From assembly GCA_963718235.1 (NCBI GenBank), contig CAVQYR010000001.1, positions 96,001 through 160,000 on the forward strand: 64,000 nucleotides of DNA. Reading direction: 5' to 3'. A program made the position numbers and the translations under genes. Origin of the DNA: an uncultured Actinomycetota bacterium (GTDB taxonomy: Bacteria; Actinomycetota; Actinomycetes; JAHEKZ01). Within the stretch, counting starts at the first letter, position 1; each line of letters opens with the position of its first letter. The notes below the pieces were generated by a model. The model made no database searches, was not told where the DNA came from, and saw only the letters and a program-made list of their open reading frames with translations. This document shows, piece after piece, positions 50,970 to 62,305 of this stretch.

Positions 50970-52750
50970 GACGTGCCTCCGTCTGTCTGTGCGGGATCGA
51001 CCTCAGTGGGATCGACCTGAGTGGGATCGACGTTCAGGACGAGCCGGACGGTGTGTCGCTCGTCCTTGGTGTGCTCCTCGAGCACGTCGACCATGTTCTC
51101 GATCAGGAACAGCCCCCACCCGCGCGGCGTCTGCAGGCCGGCCAGCTTCAGCTCGAGGTCGGGCAGGTCGGCGACGGCGTCCTCGCGCCGCCCCCCGAGG
51201 TCACTGATCTCGACCGCGACGCCGGTCTGGGTGCGCATCACGGCAACATCGACCGGCAGCTCGGGACGGTTGTGGTTGCCGTGCTCGATCGCATTCATCG
51301 CCGCCTCGGCCGAGGCCGTCTTGATCCGCTCCAGGGCGTCTGCGTCGAGTCCGCACCCGGCCACCGCCTCTGCGACCTGGGCCAGCACCTGACGCTCGTT
51401 GCCGGGCTCGCTGGGGACCGAGAACGTCGCCAGGATCTCCTCACCCGGGGGTGCCTTGGGCCGGGCTGCGGAGCTTCGCTCCAAGGTGACGATCGTGACG
51501 TCGTCCTCTTGCTCGTTCTTGCCGGAGAACTGCTCCAGCGCGGTCACACACGCGTCGACGAGCTGCGAGCCGCTCGTGGCCGACGCAACCAGGTCGCGCG
51601 TGCGATGGAAGCCGAACATCTCGCCCTCGTCGTCGTGCTGCTCGGTGATGCCGTCGCTGTAGAGGAGCAGCACCTCACCCGGGTCGATCACGTCCTCCAG
51701 CTCGTCATAGCGGCTCTCGGGCATCAGCCCGAGCGGCATGCCGGTGGCTCGCAGCTCACGGACCTCACCGGAGCCGCGCAGGAAGGGAAGGTTGTGACCG
51801 GCGTTGGCGAACACGACGGCGCCGGTCTCGAGGTCGACGACGAGCACGAGGCAGGTGACGAACATGTGGGCCGGGATGTCGGTGCACAGCAGCTCGTTCA
51901 CCCGCTCGAGCACGGCAGCCGGCGAGACCAGCCGTGGCCCCGCCTCACGGAGCAGGGCGTGGGTGCTCGCCATCACCAGTGCGGCGGGGACTCCCTTGTC
52001 GGTGACATCGCCGGTGACCACCATGATCCGGCCGTCGGGAAGCTCCATCACGTCGTAGAAGTCGCCACCGACCGTCCGGGCGGGCAGGTAGAAGGCGGAC
52101 AGGTCCCACCCGGCCAGGTTGGGCAGCGAGCTGGGCAGGAACTGCTGCTGGATCAGCTGAGCGACCTTGAGCTCCTGCTCGATCCGCTCCCTGCTGCGCG
52201 CCTCGGCCTCCTGCTGGCGGACCAGCTGACCCAGGCGCAGCGCTGGGGCGGCGTACCGGGCCAGGGTGTCGAGCAGCCGCCGGTCGTCGTGGGAGTAGCC
52301 GCGTTCGGACAGTCGCGCACCCAGCGCCAGCAGCCCGACCATCTCACCCGATGCCACGAGCGGGACCACGAGCTCGACGCCGGCCTCGCGCATCTCGATG
52401 ACTGCGGGTGAGTCTGCGGGAAGGGTGTCGACGTCGACCGGCCCGGTGGCACCCTGCAGGAAGGCGAGCACGGGGTCGTTGGGTGCGATGTCGAGCTCGA
52501 CCCGGGAGGTGCCCGAGGGTGCAGGGTCGCCTTGCGAGCCGCCCTCGGGCGGGCGCCCCTTGCGACGCCACGACCGTCGCGAGCCGGCAGACCCCCGTAC
52601 CGCCGGCTCACTCGTCGTCGGGGCGACCGCACGGTCCGGCCCAGACGCTGGTTCGGTCGCAGCGGGGGCTTCGAGCTCGATCGGACGGACCACAACGCCT
52701 CCCGGTGCTGCAGGCCCCGGAGTGTCCGGGGGCTTTCTGGGATCCAGCAT
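50966..52750 (-). CDS. Soluble partial-GAF + SpoIIE/PP2C phosphatase + RsbW-like HATPase kinase
   Basis: VPLVASGEMVGLLALG..YSHDDRRLLDTLA (GAF C-part); ELKVAQLIQQQFLP, VGGDFYD, GDVTDKG, NAGH, YSDGITE, EDDVT (PP2C); EAAMNAIEHGN, ISDLG, RGWGLFLI (HATPase_c_2). No TM helix. Confidence 0.93.
   Translation of the reverse strand: MLDPRKPPDTPGPAAPGGVVVRPIELEAPAATEPASGPDRAVAPTTSEPAVRGSAGSRRSWRRKGRPPEGGSQGDPAPSGTSRVELDIAPNDPVLAFLQGATGPVDVDTLPADSPAVIEMREAGVELVVPLVASGEMVGLLALGARLSERGYSHDDRRLLDTLARYAAPALRLGQLVRQQEAEARSRERIEQELKVAQLIQQQFLPSSLPNLAGWDLSAFYLPARTVGGDFYDVMELPDGRIMVVTGDVTDKGVPAALVMASTHALLREAGPRLVSPAAVLERVNELLCTDIPAHMFVTCLVLVVDLETGAVVFANAGHNLPFLRGSGEVRELRATGMPLGLMPESRYDELEDVIDPGEVLLLYSDGITEQHDDEGEMFGFHRTRDLVASATSGSQLVDACVTALEQFSGKNEQEDDVTIVTLERSSAARPKAPPGEEILATFSVPSEPGNERQVLAQVAEAVAGCGLDADALERIKTASAEAAMNAIEHGNHNRPELPVDVAVMRTQTGVAVEISDLGGRREDAVADLPDLELKLAGLQTPRGWGLFLIENMVDVLEEHTKDERHTVRLVLNVDPTQVDPTEVDPAQTDGGTS
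50993..51031 (-). repeat. 15-bp tandem repeat (x~2.6) encoding VDPTQ-VDPTE-VDPAQ at the phosphatase C-terminus
   Basis: GGGATCGACCTCAGT GGGATCGACCTGAGT GGGATCGAC on the plus strand. Confidence 0.7.
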
Positions 52751-52840
52751 CTCGGGCTCCGCGTTCCGGGAACGTTACGAGGACGGCGTATTGCCGATGA
52801 TCTGGGACGTTAGCGGCCGGAAGGGCGTTACGGTGCCGAC

Positions 52841-55603
52841 GTGGAAGAACTCGTGGTGCAGCTCTTCGGTGCACCCCAGGTGACCAGGGACGGCGTGCAG
52901 GTCACCTTCGACACCCGCAAGGCCGTGGCTCTCCTGGCCTACCTCGCGGTGACCGGACGGCCCCAGCGACGAGAGAGCCTGGCTGCGCTGCTGTGGCCGG
53001 AGTCCGACCAGACCCGGGCCCGGGCCGCGTTGCGACGCACCCTCTCGGTCTCGGGGGCGGTGGGTCCAGCCCTGGTCGTGGGTCGGGGCGACATCGCCCT
53101 CGACCCGTCGCTGACCCGCAGTGACGTCTCGGAGTTCCTCCGACTGGCTGCCAGTGACGACCCCCTCGACTGGCAACGCGCCGTCGACCTGGCCCCCGAG
53201 TCGCTCCTGGCCGGGTTCACCCTGCGCGACAGTCCTGCCTTCGACGACTGGCTGGCCACGACATCGGACCTCATGCGGGACCGGCTCACCGGGCTGCTCG
53301 CCCGCCTGGTGGCCGCCCACACCGACGTCAGGCGCTTCGACGATGCTCTGGCGGCGGCCCACCAGTGGGCCACCCTCGACCCGCTCAGCGAGCCGGCCCA
53401 GCGTGAGGTCATGCGCCTGCTCGTGTGGAACGGACAGCGTCCAGCCGCGCTGCGGCAGTACCGGACCTGCGTTCGGAACCTGGACCGGGAGCTCGGCGTC
53501 GCGCCGTTGCCGGAGACCACCGAGCTCTACGACGACATCCGGGCCAACCGCCTGCCGGCACCCGACGTCGTCGGGTCGGTGACTGAAGCGGATGGACCGA
53601 ACCGGGGCACGGGCGCGACCACCGCGGCTGACCAGCGCTCCGGGTCGTTGACCACTGCAGGCGCAGGACCGCCGGTACCCCCGCTGGTCGGCCGCGCCGC
53701 CGAGCTCGCCGAGCTCGACCGACGGTGGCGCTCGTCAGCCCAGGTGCCGACCGCGTGCGCCGTCGTGGGTGCACCCGGCCTCGGGCGCACCGCCCTGGTC
53801 GCGTCCCTCGAGGCCTCGGTCTCGTCGGCTGGAGGCGGCGTCGTCTCCATCCGGGGGCATGCCGGTGAGGCGGACCTCGCGTTTGCCGCCGTGGTCGATC
53901 TCGTCCGTGCTCTCGCGGCTCGCAACCCGGCAGTGGCCGAGCCACTGGCAGCGGTCGGGCAGCCGGTTGAGACACCGGGAGCACTCGTCCGGCTGTTCGA
54001 GCAGGTCCGGGACGCCGTCACGGTCGCGCTGGCCGGCCCGGTGCCCGGCCTGCTCGTCGTCGACGATGCGCACTGGCTGGACCCGACGTCGGCCGATCTG
54101 CTCGCATACCTGGTGCGTCGTCCCCCGCCGGGGGTGCTCACCGTGGTCACGTGGCGAAGCGACGTACCGGCTCCGGTCTCGTCGATCGACGCGGCCGGCC
54201 TGGTCGCCCTGAAACCCTGGACCGTCGACGAGGTGGCCGAGGTCCTCGCTCACCTCGAACTGGCGAACCTGGACGCCTCGGTGGCCCACCACCGAACGCT
54301 CGGTGTCCCCAGGCTGGTCGTCGAGTACGCCCTGGCGGCCGACGGCGGGGTCCCGGGCCACGAGGCACAGCTGCGCGAGCTCGTGGTCTCGCGCCTCGAT
54401 GCCGCGCCGGCAGCCACCCGTCAGCTGCTGGGTACTGCGGCCGTCCTCGGCTCGGTGAGCGATCCTGAGCTGCTGAGGCAGACCAGCGGACGCGACGAGA
54501 GCGAGGTCGTGGACGCCATCGAGGACGCGGTCGAGCGACGGCTCCTCGTCGAAGACGGGCAGCGGGGGGGGTACGACGTTCCCTATGACGCCTTGCGCGA
54601 CCTGGTCCTGGAGCGGGTGAGCCTGGCTCGTCGACGACTGCTGCACAGCAGAGCGGCCGATGTCCTGGCGCGTCGACACAGCACCGAGAGCCGAGGCGCG
54701 TCCGCAGCGATGGTGGCCCGCCACCTGGCAGCGGCGGGACGTGACGACGAGGCAGCCCGTTGGTACTGGACGGCGGCCGTCGACTCAGGGACCCTCTACG
54801 CCTACCAGGAGATGCTCGAACATCTACGAGCCGCCCTCGCACTCGGGTACGACCCCGCGACCACACACGCTGCGACCGGTGATGCACTCATCCGTCTCGG
54901 GCGTTACCACGACGCGCTCGTCGCGTACGAGCAAGCAGCCGCGGCCGTCGATCCCTCGGACGCCCGGTCCCTCGCGGTGCTCGAGCACAAGCTGGCGGAG
55001 GTGCATGACCGACTGGGTGACTGGGCGGTGGCGCAGGCTCACCTGGAGAGTGCCAGTGAGCTGCTGGCCGGTGACGACGACCTCCCGAGGAGGGCCCAGG
55101 TCTGCGCAGACCTGGCACTGGTCGAGTACCGGCAAGGCGACGCAGCGGCAGCTGAGTCCGACGCGGCGCGGGCCCTCGAGCTGGCCGAGCGAAGTGACGA
55201 CAGCTCAGCCCTGGCACAGGCGCACAACGTGCTCGGGGTGCTCGCTGCGGCCAAGGGTGAGCTGACCGCCGCGCAGGCCCATCTCACGAGCAGTCGCAAC
55301 CACGCGCAGAGCGCGGCCGACGTCGGGCTGACCGTCGCGGCCATGAACAACCAGGCCCGGGTCCTCGAGGAGTCCGGGAACATCGACGAGGCGCTGGTCG
55401 AGGCGCAGGCTGCGCTGGCGCTGGGGGTCCAGCACGGGGACCGCCACCGTGAGGCGGCGCTGCACGACCACGTGGCCGACCTGCTCCATCGCGCCGGGCG
55501 CGACTCCGAGGCCATGGAGCACCTCAAGGCGGCAGCGGCCGCCTTCGCCGACGTCGATGACTCCAGCGTGCGTCCCGACGTCTGGAAGCTCGTCGCCTGG
55601 TGA
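52841..55603 (+). CDS. SARP/BTAD-AAA-TPR (STAND-type) transcriptional regulator
   Basis: LFGAPQV, KAVALLAYLAV, RESLAALLWP, FDDWL, DPLSE, ELGVAPLPET; LVGRAAEL, GAPGLGRT, LLVVDDAHWLD; TPR-like C-half. TACGGT -10 lies 6 nt before the GTG. Confidence 0.92.
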   Translation: MEELVVQLFGAPQVTRDGVQVTFDTRKAVALLAYLAVTGRPQRRESLAALLWPESDQTRARAALRRTLSVSGAVGPALVVGRGDIALDPSLTRSDVSEFLRLAASDDPLDWQRAVDLAPESLLAGFTLRDSPAFDDWLATTSDLMRDRLTGLLARLVAAHTDVRRFDDALAAAHQWATLDPLSEPAQREVMRLLVWNGQRPAALRQYRTCVRNLDRELGVAPLPETTELYDDIRANRLPAPDVVGSVTEADGPNRGTGATTAADQRSGSLTTAGAGPPVPPLVGRAAELAELDRRWRSSAQVPTACAVVGAPGLGRTALVASLEASVSSAGGGVVSIRGHAGEADLAFAAVVDLVRALAARNPAVAEPLAAVGQPVETPGALVRLFEQVRDAVTVALAGPVPGLLVVDDAHWLDPTSADLLAYLVRRPPPGVLTVVTWRSDVPAPVSSIDAAGLVALKPWTVDEVAEVLAHLELANLDASVAHHRTLGVPRLVVEYALAADGGVPGHEAQLRELVVSRLDAAPAATRQLLGTAAVLGSVSDPELLRQTSGRDESEVVDAIEDAVERRLLVEDGQRGGYDVPYDALRDLVLERVSLARRRLLHSRAADVLARRHSTESRGASAAMVARHLAAAGRDDEAARWYWTAAVDSGTLYAYQEMLEHLRAALALGYDPATTHAATGDALIRLGRYHDALVAYEQAAAAVDPSDARSLAVLEHKLAEVHDRLGDWAVAQAHLESASELLAGDDDLPRRAQVCADLALVEYRQGDAAAAESDAARALELAERSDDSSALAQAHNVLGVLAAAKGELTAAQAHLTSSRNHAQSAADVGLTVAAMNNQARVLEESGNIDEALVEAQAALALGVQHGDRHREAALHDHVADLLHRAGRDSEAMEHLKAAAAAFADVDDSSVRPDVWKLVAW

Positions 55604-55619
55604 CGCCGCCTCGTCTGAC

Positions 55620-56123
55620 CTAGTCGCGCTCGACCCAGCGGTCGACCGCCCACAGCACAGCCAGGGCAAGACCTGGGTCGACCCCGTCTGCGACATCGAT
55701 CGTGTACGAGTCGCGGACCGTCACCCACTTCTGGGTGATACGCACGATCGGGCTCCCACCCGCGGCGATGTTGTACTCCTTCTCGATGAAGCTCCCCTCG
55801 AGCTGCCAGTCATCGCCAGTGTCCATCGTGAGAGACATCTTCGACTTGATGGGCGAGAACATCTTCGCCTTGAGCGAAGCCAGCTCGGTGTCGTGGGCAT
55901 CCAGGATCGCCATCTTCTTCGGAACGCCGAGCAGCTGCCCTCGCACCCGGTAGGCGACCTCGTCGGTCGCGTTCTTGATGTCGGCCTTCGGCCGGGTGCC
56001 CATCTTCCCGTCGATGAAGTACGCCTGCTCACCCTGGAGGTCGGTGACCGCGAAGTCCCGACCTGCGCCGAACTTGCTCTTGACGACGTACCGGGACCAA
56101 CCGGCAGGAGCGGCGTCCACCAC
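55620..56123 (-). CDS. LURP-one/scramblase-like protein
   Basis: YVVKSKFGAGRDFAVTD..AYFIDGK, LEGSFIEKEY, KWVTVRDSYTIDV..DPGLALA; GAGGAG RBS. Confidence 0.82.
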   Translation of the reverse strand: MVDAAPAGWSRYVVKSKFGAGRDFAVTDLQGEQAYFIDGKMGTRPKADIKNATDEVAYRVRGQLLGVPKKMAILDAHDTELASLKAKMFSPIKSKMSLTMDTGDDWQLEGSFIEKEYNIAAGGSPIVRITQKWVTVRDSYTIDVADGVDPGLALAVLWAVDRWVERD

Positions 56124-56158
56124 ATTCTCCTCGCTCTCGGGGGTCAACCCGCTCGACG

Positions 56159-57415
56159 CTACCGGTGCTCTCTCTGCTGCGCCGCCTCGAGGGCGATGTC
56201 ACGGCGGTACTGCGACCCGGCCAGCCCGATCGCGGAGACCGCCTCGTAGGCGCGCAGCCGCGCCTGACCCAACGACTCCCCTCGAGCCGTGACTGCGAGG
56301 ACCCGCCCCCCGGCACTCACGACGTCGTCGCCGTCACGCCGGGTCCCGGCGTGCAGGACGTCGACGTGCTCGAGCGCCGCAGCCGTCTCGAGCCCGGTGA
56401 CCGGGTCGCCGTTGCGCGGCGCCTGCGGGTAGCCCTTGGCCGCGACCACGACCGTGCATGCGAAGCCGGCGCTCCACCGAAGGGCAGGCAACTCCCCCAG
56501 CCGACCGCGGGCTGCGGCGTCCAGCACCGACCCGAGGGGTGTCTCGAGCAGGGCCAGCACGGCCTCGGTCTCCGGGTCGCCGAACCGGGCGTTGAACTCC
56601 ACGACGCGCGGCCCAAATGACGTCATCGCCAGGCCGACGTACAGGAGCCCGGCGAAGGGGGTGCCTCGGCGGCGCATCTCCTCCAGCGTGGGACCCACGA
56701 CCGACTTCATGACGTCGTCGACCAGCGTGGGCGCCGCCCATGGCAACGGCGTGTAGGCGCCCATGCCACCGGTGTTGGGTCCGGTGTCCCCGTCGCCGAG
56801 CCGCTTGAAGTCCTGGGCCGGGAGCAGCGGGACACCGACCTCGCCATCGGTCACCACGAACAGCGACACCTCCGGGCCGTCGAGGAACTCCTCGATCACC
56901 ACCCGTCCGCACTCGGCCGCATGGGTCTCGGCCTCGCCGCGGGACGTCGTCACCACGACACCCTTGCCTGCCGCCAGCCCGTCGTCCTTCACGACGTACG
57001 GAGGTCCGAACGCGTCCAGGGCCGCGGCCACCTGCTCGGGTGACTGGCACACCCGCGCCGCAGCGGTCGGCACTCCCGCGGCGGTCATGACCTCCTTGGC
57101 GAACGCCTTGGAGCCCTCGAGCTGGGCGGCCGCCCTCGACGGGCCGAAGCACGCGATGCCGGCAGCCCGTACGGCGTCAGCCACTCCGGCCACCAGCGGC
57201 GCCTCGGGGCCGACGACCACGAGGTCGGCGCCCAACGACTCAGCCAGTGCCGCAACCGCCGTCGGGTCAGTGGCAACGACCTCGACGTTCGTGGCCAGCG
57301 GCGCGGTACCCGCGTTACCGGGTGCGCACCAGATCGCGGCAACCCCGGGGTCGCGCGACAGGGCCAGGCACAGCGCGTGCTCACGGGCACCCGAACCGAC
57401 GACCAGGACCTTCAC
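56159..57415 (-). CDS. purD: Phosphoribosylamine--glycine ligase
   Basis: GSGAREHA, VGPEAPL, LEGSKAFAK, GLAAGKGV, GPNTGGMGAY, EFNARFGDPE. Confidence 0.97.
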   Translation of the reverse strand: MKVLVVGSGAREHALCLALSRDPGVAAIWCAPGNAGTAPLATNVEVVATDPTAVAALAESLGADLVVVGPEAPLVAGVADAVRAAGIACFGPSRAAAQLEGSKAFAKEVMTAAGVPTAAARVCQSPEQVAAALDAFGPPYVVKDDGLAAGKGVVVTTSRGEAETHAAECGRVVIEEFLDGPEVSLFVVTDGEVGVPLLPAQDFKRLGDGDTGPNTGGMGAYTPLPWAAPTLVDDVMKSVVGPTLEEMRRRGTPFAGLLYVGLAMTSFGPRVVEFNARFGDPETEAVLALLETPLGSVLDAAARGRLGELPALRWSAGFACTVVVAAKGYPQAPRNGDPVTGLETAAALEHVDVLHAGTRRDGDDVVSAGGRVLAVTARGESLGQARLRAYEAVSAIGLAGSQYRRDIALEAAQQREHR

Positions 57416-57457
57416 GGTGGCGAGGCTACCGATCCGGACGCCGGGTCTGCAGCGACC

Positions 57458-58819
57458 TCAGCCGGTGTAGTACGGAGCAAGCACGGTGAAGGCGTCGTCG
57501 AGCAGGGACAACCCCTCCTTGGCCTCCGCCTCGCTGACCGTGCACGGCGGGACGACGTGCAGCCGGTTGTAGTTCACGAAGGGCATGAGACCCCGTTGCC
57601 GGCACGCAGCCACGAGGTCCGCCATCGGCTTGTTCGCCTCGCCCGCGGCGTTGTAGGGCACGAGCATCTCGCGCGTGGCCCGACTCCTGACCAGGTCGAG
57701 TGCCCAGAAGACACCCATGCCGCGGACCTCACCGATCACCGGATGCCGCTCCGCAAGATCGCGCAGCCCGGGCCCCAGCACGTCCTCTCCGATCTGCTTG
57801 GCGTTCTCGACGATGCCCTCGTCCTGCATGGCCGTGAGCGTGGCCACGATCGAGGCGGCGGCCAACGGGTGGCCGGAGTAGGTGAGTCCACCGGGGAAGA
57901 CCCGCTCGTCGAACGTGGCCGCGATCTCGTCGCTGATGATGACTCCGCCTACCGGCACGTAGCCGGAGTTCACGCCCTTGGCGAAGGTGATCAGGTCGGG
58001 CTCCACGCCGAAGTGGTCGAACGCGAACCAGTCGCCGGTGCGTCCGAACCCGCACATCACCTCGTCGGCGATGTAGACGATCCCGTACTTGGTGCACAGC
58101 TCCCGGACGCCGGCCAGGTAGTGCGCCGGGGGGATCAGCACACCCGCGGTGCCGACCACCGTCTCGAGCACGAGTGCGGCGATGGTCTGGGGGCCCTCGA
58201 ACTGGATGACCGCCTCGAGGTGCTGCAACGCGCGGTCGGCCTCCTGCACGTCGTCCTCGGACCAGAAAGGCGAGCGGTAGGGGTAGGGACCGAAGAAGTG
58301 CACGATCCCGGCGATGCCGGTCTCGTTCGGCCAGCGGCGAGGGTCACCGGTCAGTGTCACCGCCGTGGCCGTGTTGCCGTGGTAGCTGCGGTACGCCGAG
58401 AGCACCTTGTGCCGCCCGGTGTGGAGTCTTGCCATACGGACGGCGTTCTCGTTGGCGTCGGCGCCGCCGTTGGTGAAGAACACCTTGCCGTGACCAGCCG
58501 GTGCGAGCGACGTGACCAGACGAGCGGCCTCACTGCGCACGTCGTTGGCGTGCTGGGGCGCGATCGTGGCGATCCGGCCGGCCTGCTCCTGGATCGCGGC
58601 GACGACCTTGGGGTGCTGGTGGCCGATGTTGGTGTTGACCAGCTGCGAGGAGAAGTCGAGGTAGCGCTTGCCCTCGTAGTCCCAGAAGTAGCTGCCCTCG
58701 GCCGCAGCGATGGGCAACGGCTTGATCAGCCCCTGGGCCGACCAGGAGTGGAAGACGTGGGCGCGGTCGAGGTCGTAGACCTCCTGGCCACGCGCGGGGT
58801 CGGGAGCGGGAACGGTCAT
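57458..58819 (-). CDS. Class-III aminotransferase (omega-amino acid / beta-alanine or taurine type)
   Basis: HVFHSWSAQ, YLDFSSQL, YRSYHG, ADEVMCGFGRTG, FAKGVNSGY, GLTYSGHP. Confidence 0.9.
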   Translation of the reverse strand: MTVPAPDPARGQEVYDLDRAHVFHSWSAQGLIKPLPIAAAEGSYFWDYEGKRYLDFSSQLVNTNIGHQHPKVVAAIQEQAGRIATIAPQHANDVRSEAARLVTSLAPAGHGKVFFTNGGADANENAVRMARLHTGRHKVLSAYRSYHGNTATAVTLTGDPRRWPNETGIAGIVHFFGPYPYRSPFWSEDDVQEADRALQHLEAVIQFEGPQTIAALVLETVVGTAGVLIPPAHYLAGVRELCTKYGIVYIADEVMCGFGRTGDWFAFDHFGVEPDLITFAKGVNSGYVPVGGVIISDEIAATFDERVFPGGLTYSGHPLAAASIVATLTAMQDEGIVENAKQIGEDVLGPGLRDLAERHPVIGEVRGMGVFWALDLVRSRATREMLVPYNAAGEANKPMADLVAACRQRGLMPFVNYNRLHVVPPCTVSEAEAKEGLSLLDDAFTVLAPYYTG

Positions 58820-58893
58820 GGTCGGACTCCTCGAACGGGTCAGCAGTCAGCCCAGCCTACGGAGCCGGCGCCGAACCGGGTAGGGCCAGGGGC

Positions 58894-59508
58894 TCAGCCG
58901 CCGCCAGGACCGGCGTCGGCCAGTCGTTGCCGAAGCCGGGCCTGCACGGCTGGCCACTCTCCGGCCAGGAGGGAGAAGTACACGGAGTCCCGCCACGTGC
59001 CGTCGGCCCGGAGCACCCGGTGCCGCAGGGCTCCCTCCCGGACCGCCCCGAGGGCAGCGAGCGCACCCTGGGAGCGAGCGTTGAGATGGTCGGTCTTGAA
59101 GGCCACCCGCTCCATGCCCAGGTCGTCGAAGGCGTGCGCCAGCAGGAGCAGCTTCGCCTCCACGTTGAATCCGGACCGCCAGACCGACGACGACAGCACC
59201 GTCCACCCGATCTCGACGTTGCGGTTCTCCACGTCCAGGTCGAGGAACGACGTCGAACCCACGACCGCACCGGTGCTCCGGTCGACCTGCGCGAACGGAA
59301 CCCGGACCCCCTCGCTGGCGTCGTCCAGTGCCCGGTCGACGAACGACTCCATCGCGCGACGATCATCCATGCGGTAGGGCCAGACCCAGGCAAAGACCTC
59401 GCTGCTGCCGCAGGTGCGCCACAGCTCGTCGAGGTCGCTCGCGACGAGCGGCCGGAGCAGCACCCGGTCACCCGTCAGTGTCGTCGGCTCGGGACGGCGT
59501 GCGGCCAT
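58894..59508 (-). CDS. RimJ/RimL-type GNAT acetyltransferase
   Basis: VEIGWT, NVEAKLLLLAHAF, NARSQGALAALGAVREG, RDSVYFS. Confidence 0.9.
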   Translation of the reverse strand: MAARRPEPTTLTGDRVLLRPLVASDLDELWRTCGSSEVFAWVWPYRMDDRRAMESFVDRALDDASEGVRVPFAQVDRSTGAVVGSTSFLDLDVENRNVEIGWTVLSSSVWRSGFNVEAKLLLLAHAFDDLGMERVAFKTDHLNARSQGALAALGAVREGALRHRVLRADGTWRDSVYFSLLAGEWPAVQARLRQRLADAGPGGG

Positions 59509-59516
59509 GGTTGACC

Positions 59517-61848
<2,332 letters not shown>

Positions 61849-61852
61849 GCGA

Positions 61853-62269
61853 TCAGGCGCCGAGGACGTCGGCCGCCGTCGGGCTGCTCTCGCGCAGGAA
61901 CAACGTGCACCGGGTGACCTCGTCGTCCTCTCCGAGAGCCGCGGCTGCCCGACGCAGGGCGTTGACGCTGCGCAGGAAGCCCTGGTTGCCCTCGTGCTCC
62001 CACGGCACCGGCCCGTGGCCCTTCCAGCCGTTGCGCCGTAGCTGGTCGAGGCTGCGGTGGTAGCCCGTGCGCGCGTAGGCGTACGCCGCCACCTCGTCGC
62101 CGTCGTCGAGGGACTGCTCGGCGAGCATCGCCCAGGCCAACGGGTAGTCGGGGTAGGCCGCGGCCACTTGGCGCGGGCCGGCTCCGCCGTCCAGCAGGGC
62201 CTTGGCCTCGCGGTTCTCGGGCAGGTGGGTGGGCGGTGGTCCGCCGAGGAGGTTCTGATCGATGGTCAC
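61853..62269 (-). CDS. DUF3151 family protein
   Basis: AYAYARTGYHRSLDQLRRNGWKGHGPVPWEHEGNQGFLR. Confidence 0.92.
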   Translation of the reverse strand: MTIDQNLLGGPPPTHLPENREAKALLDGGAGPRQVAAAYPDYPLAWAMLAEQSLDDGDEVAAYAYARTGYHRSLDQLRRNGWKGHGPVPWEHEGNQGFLRSVNALRRAAAALGEDDEVTRCTLFLRESSPTAADVLGA

Positions 62270-62305
62270 GAGGGCATTCTGCGCCGTCGGGGTGCGCCGG
62301 GCACG

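Noticed and set aside
50993-51031. 15-bp tandem repeat as a phase-variation site
   Set aside because: The unit is in frame and lies in a disordered C-terminal tail, so copy changes would not switch expression.
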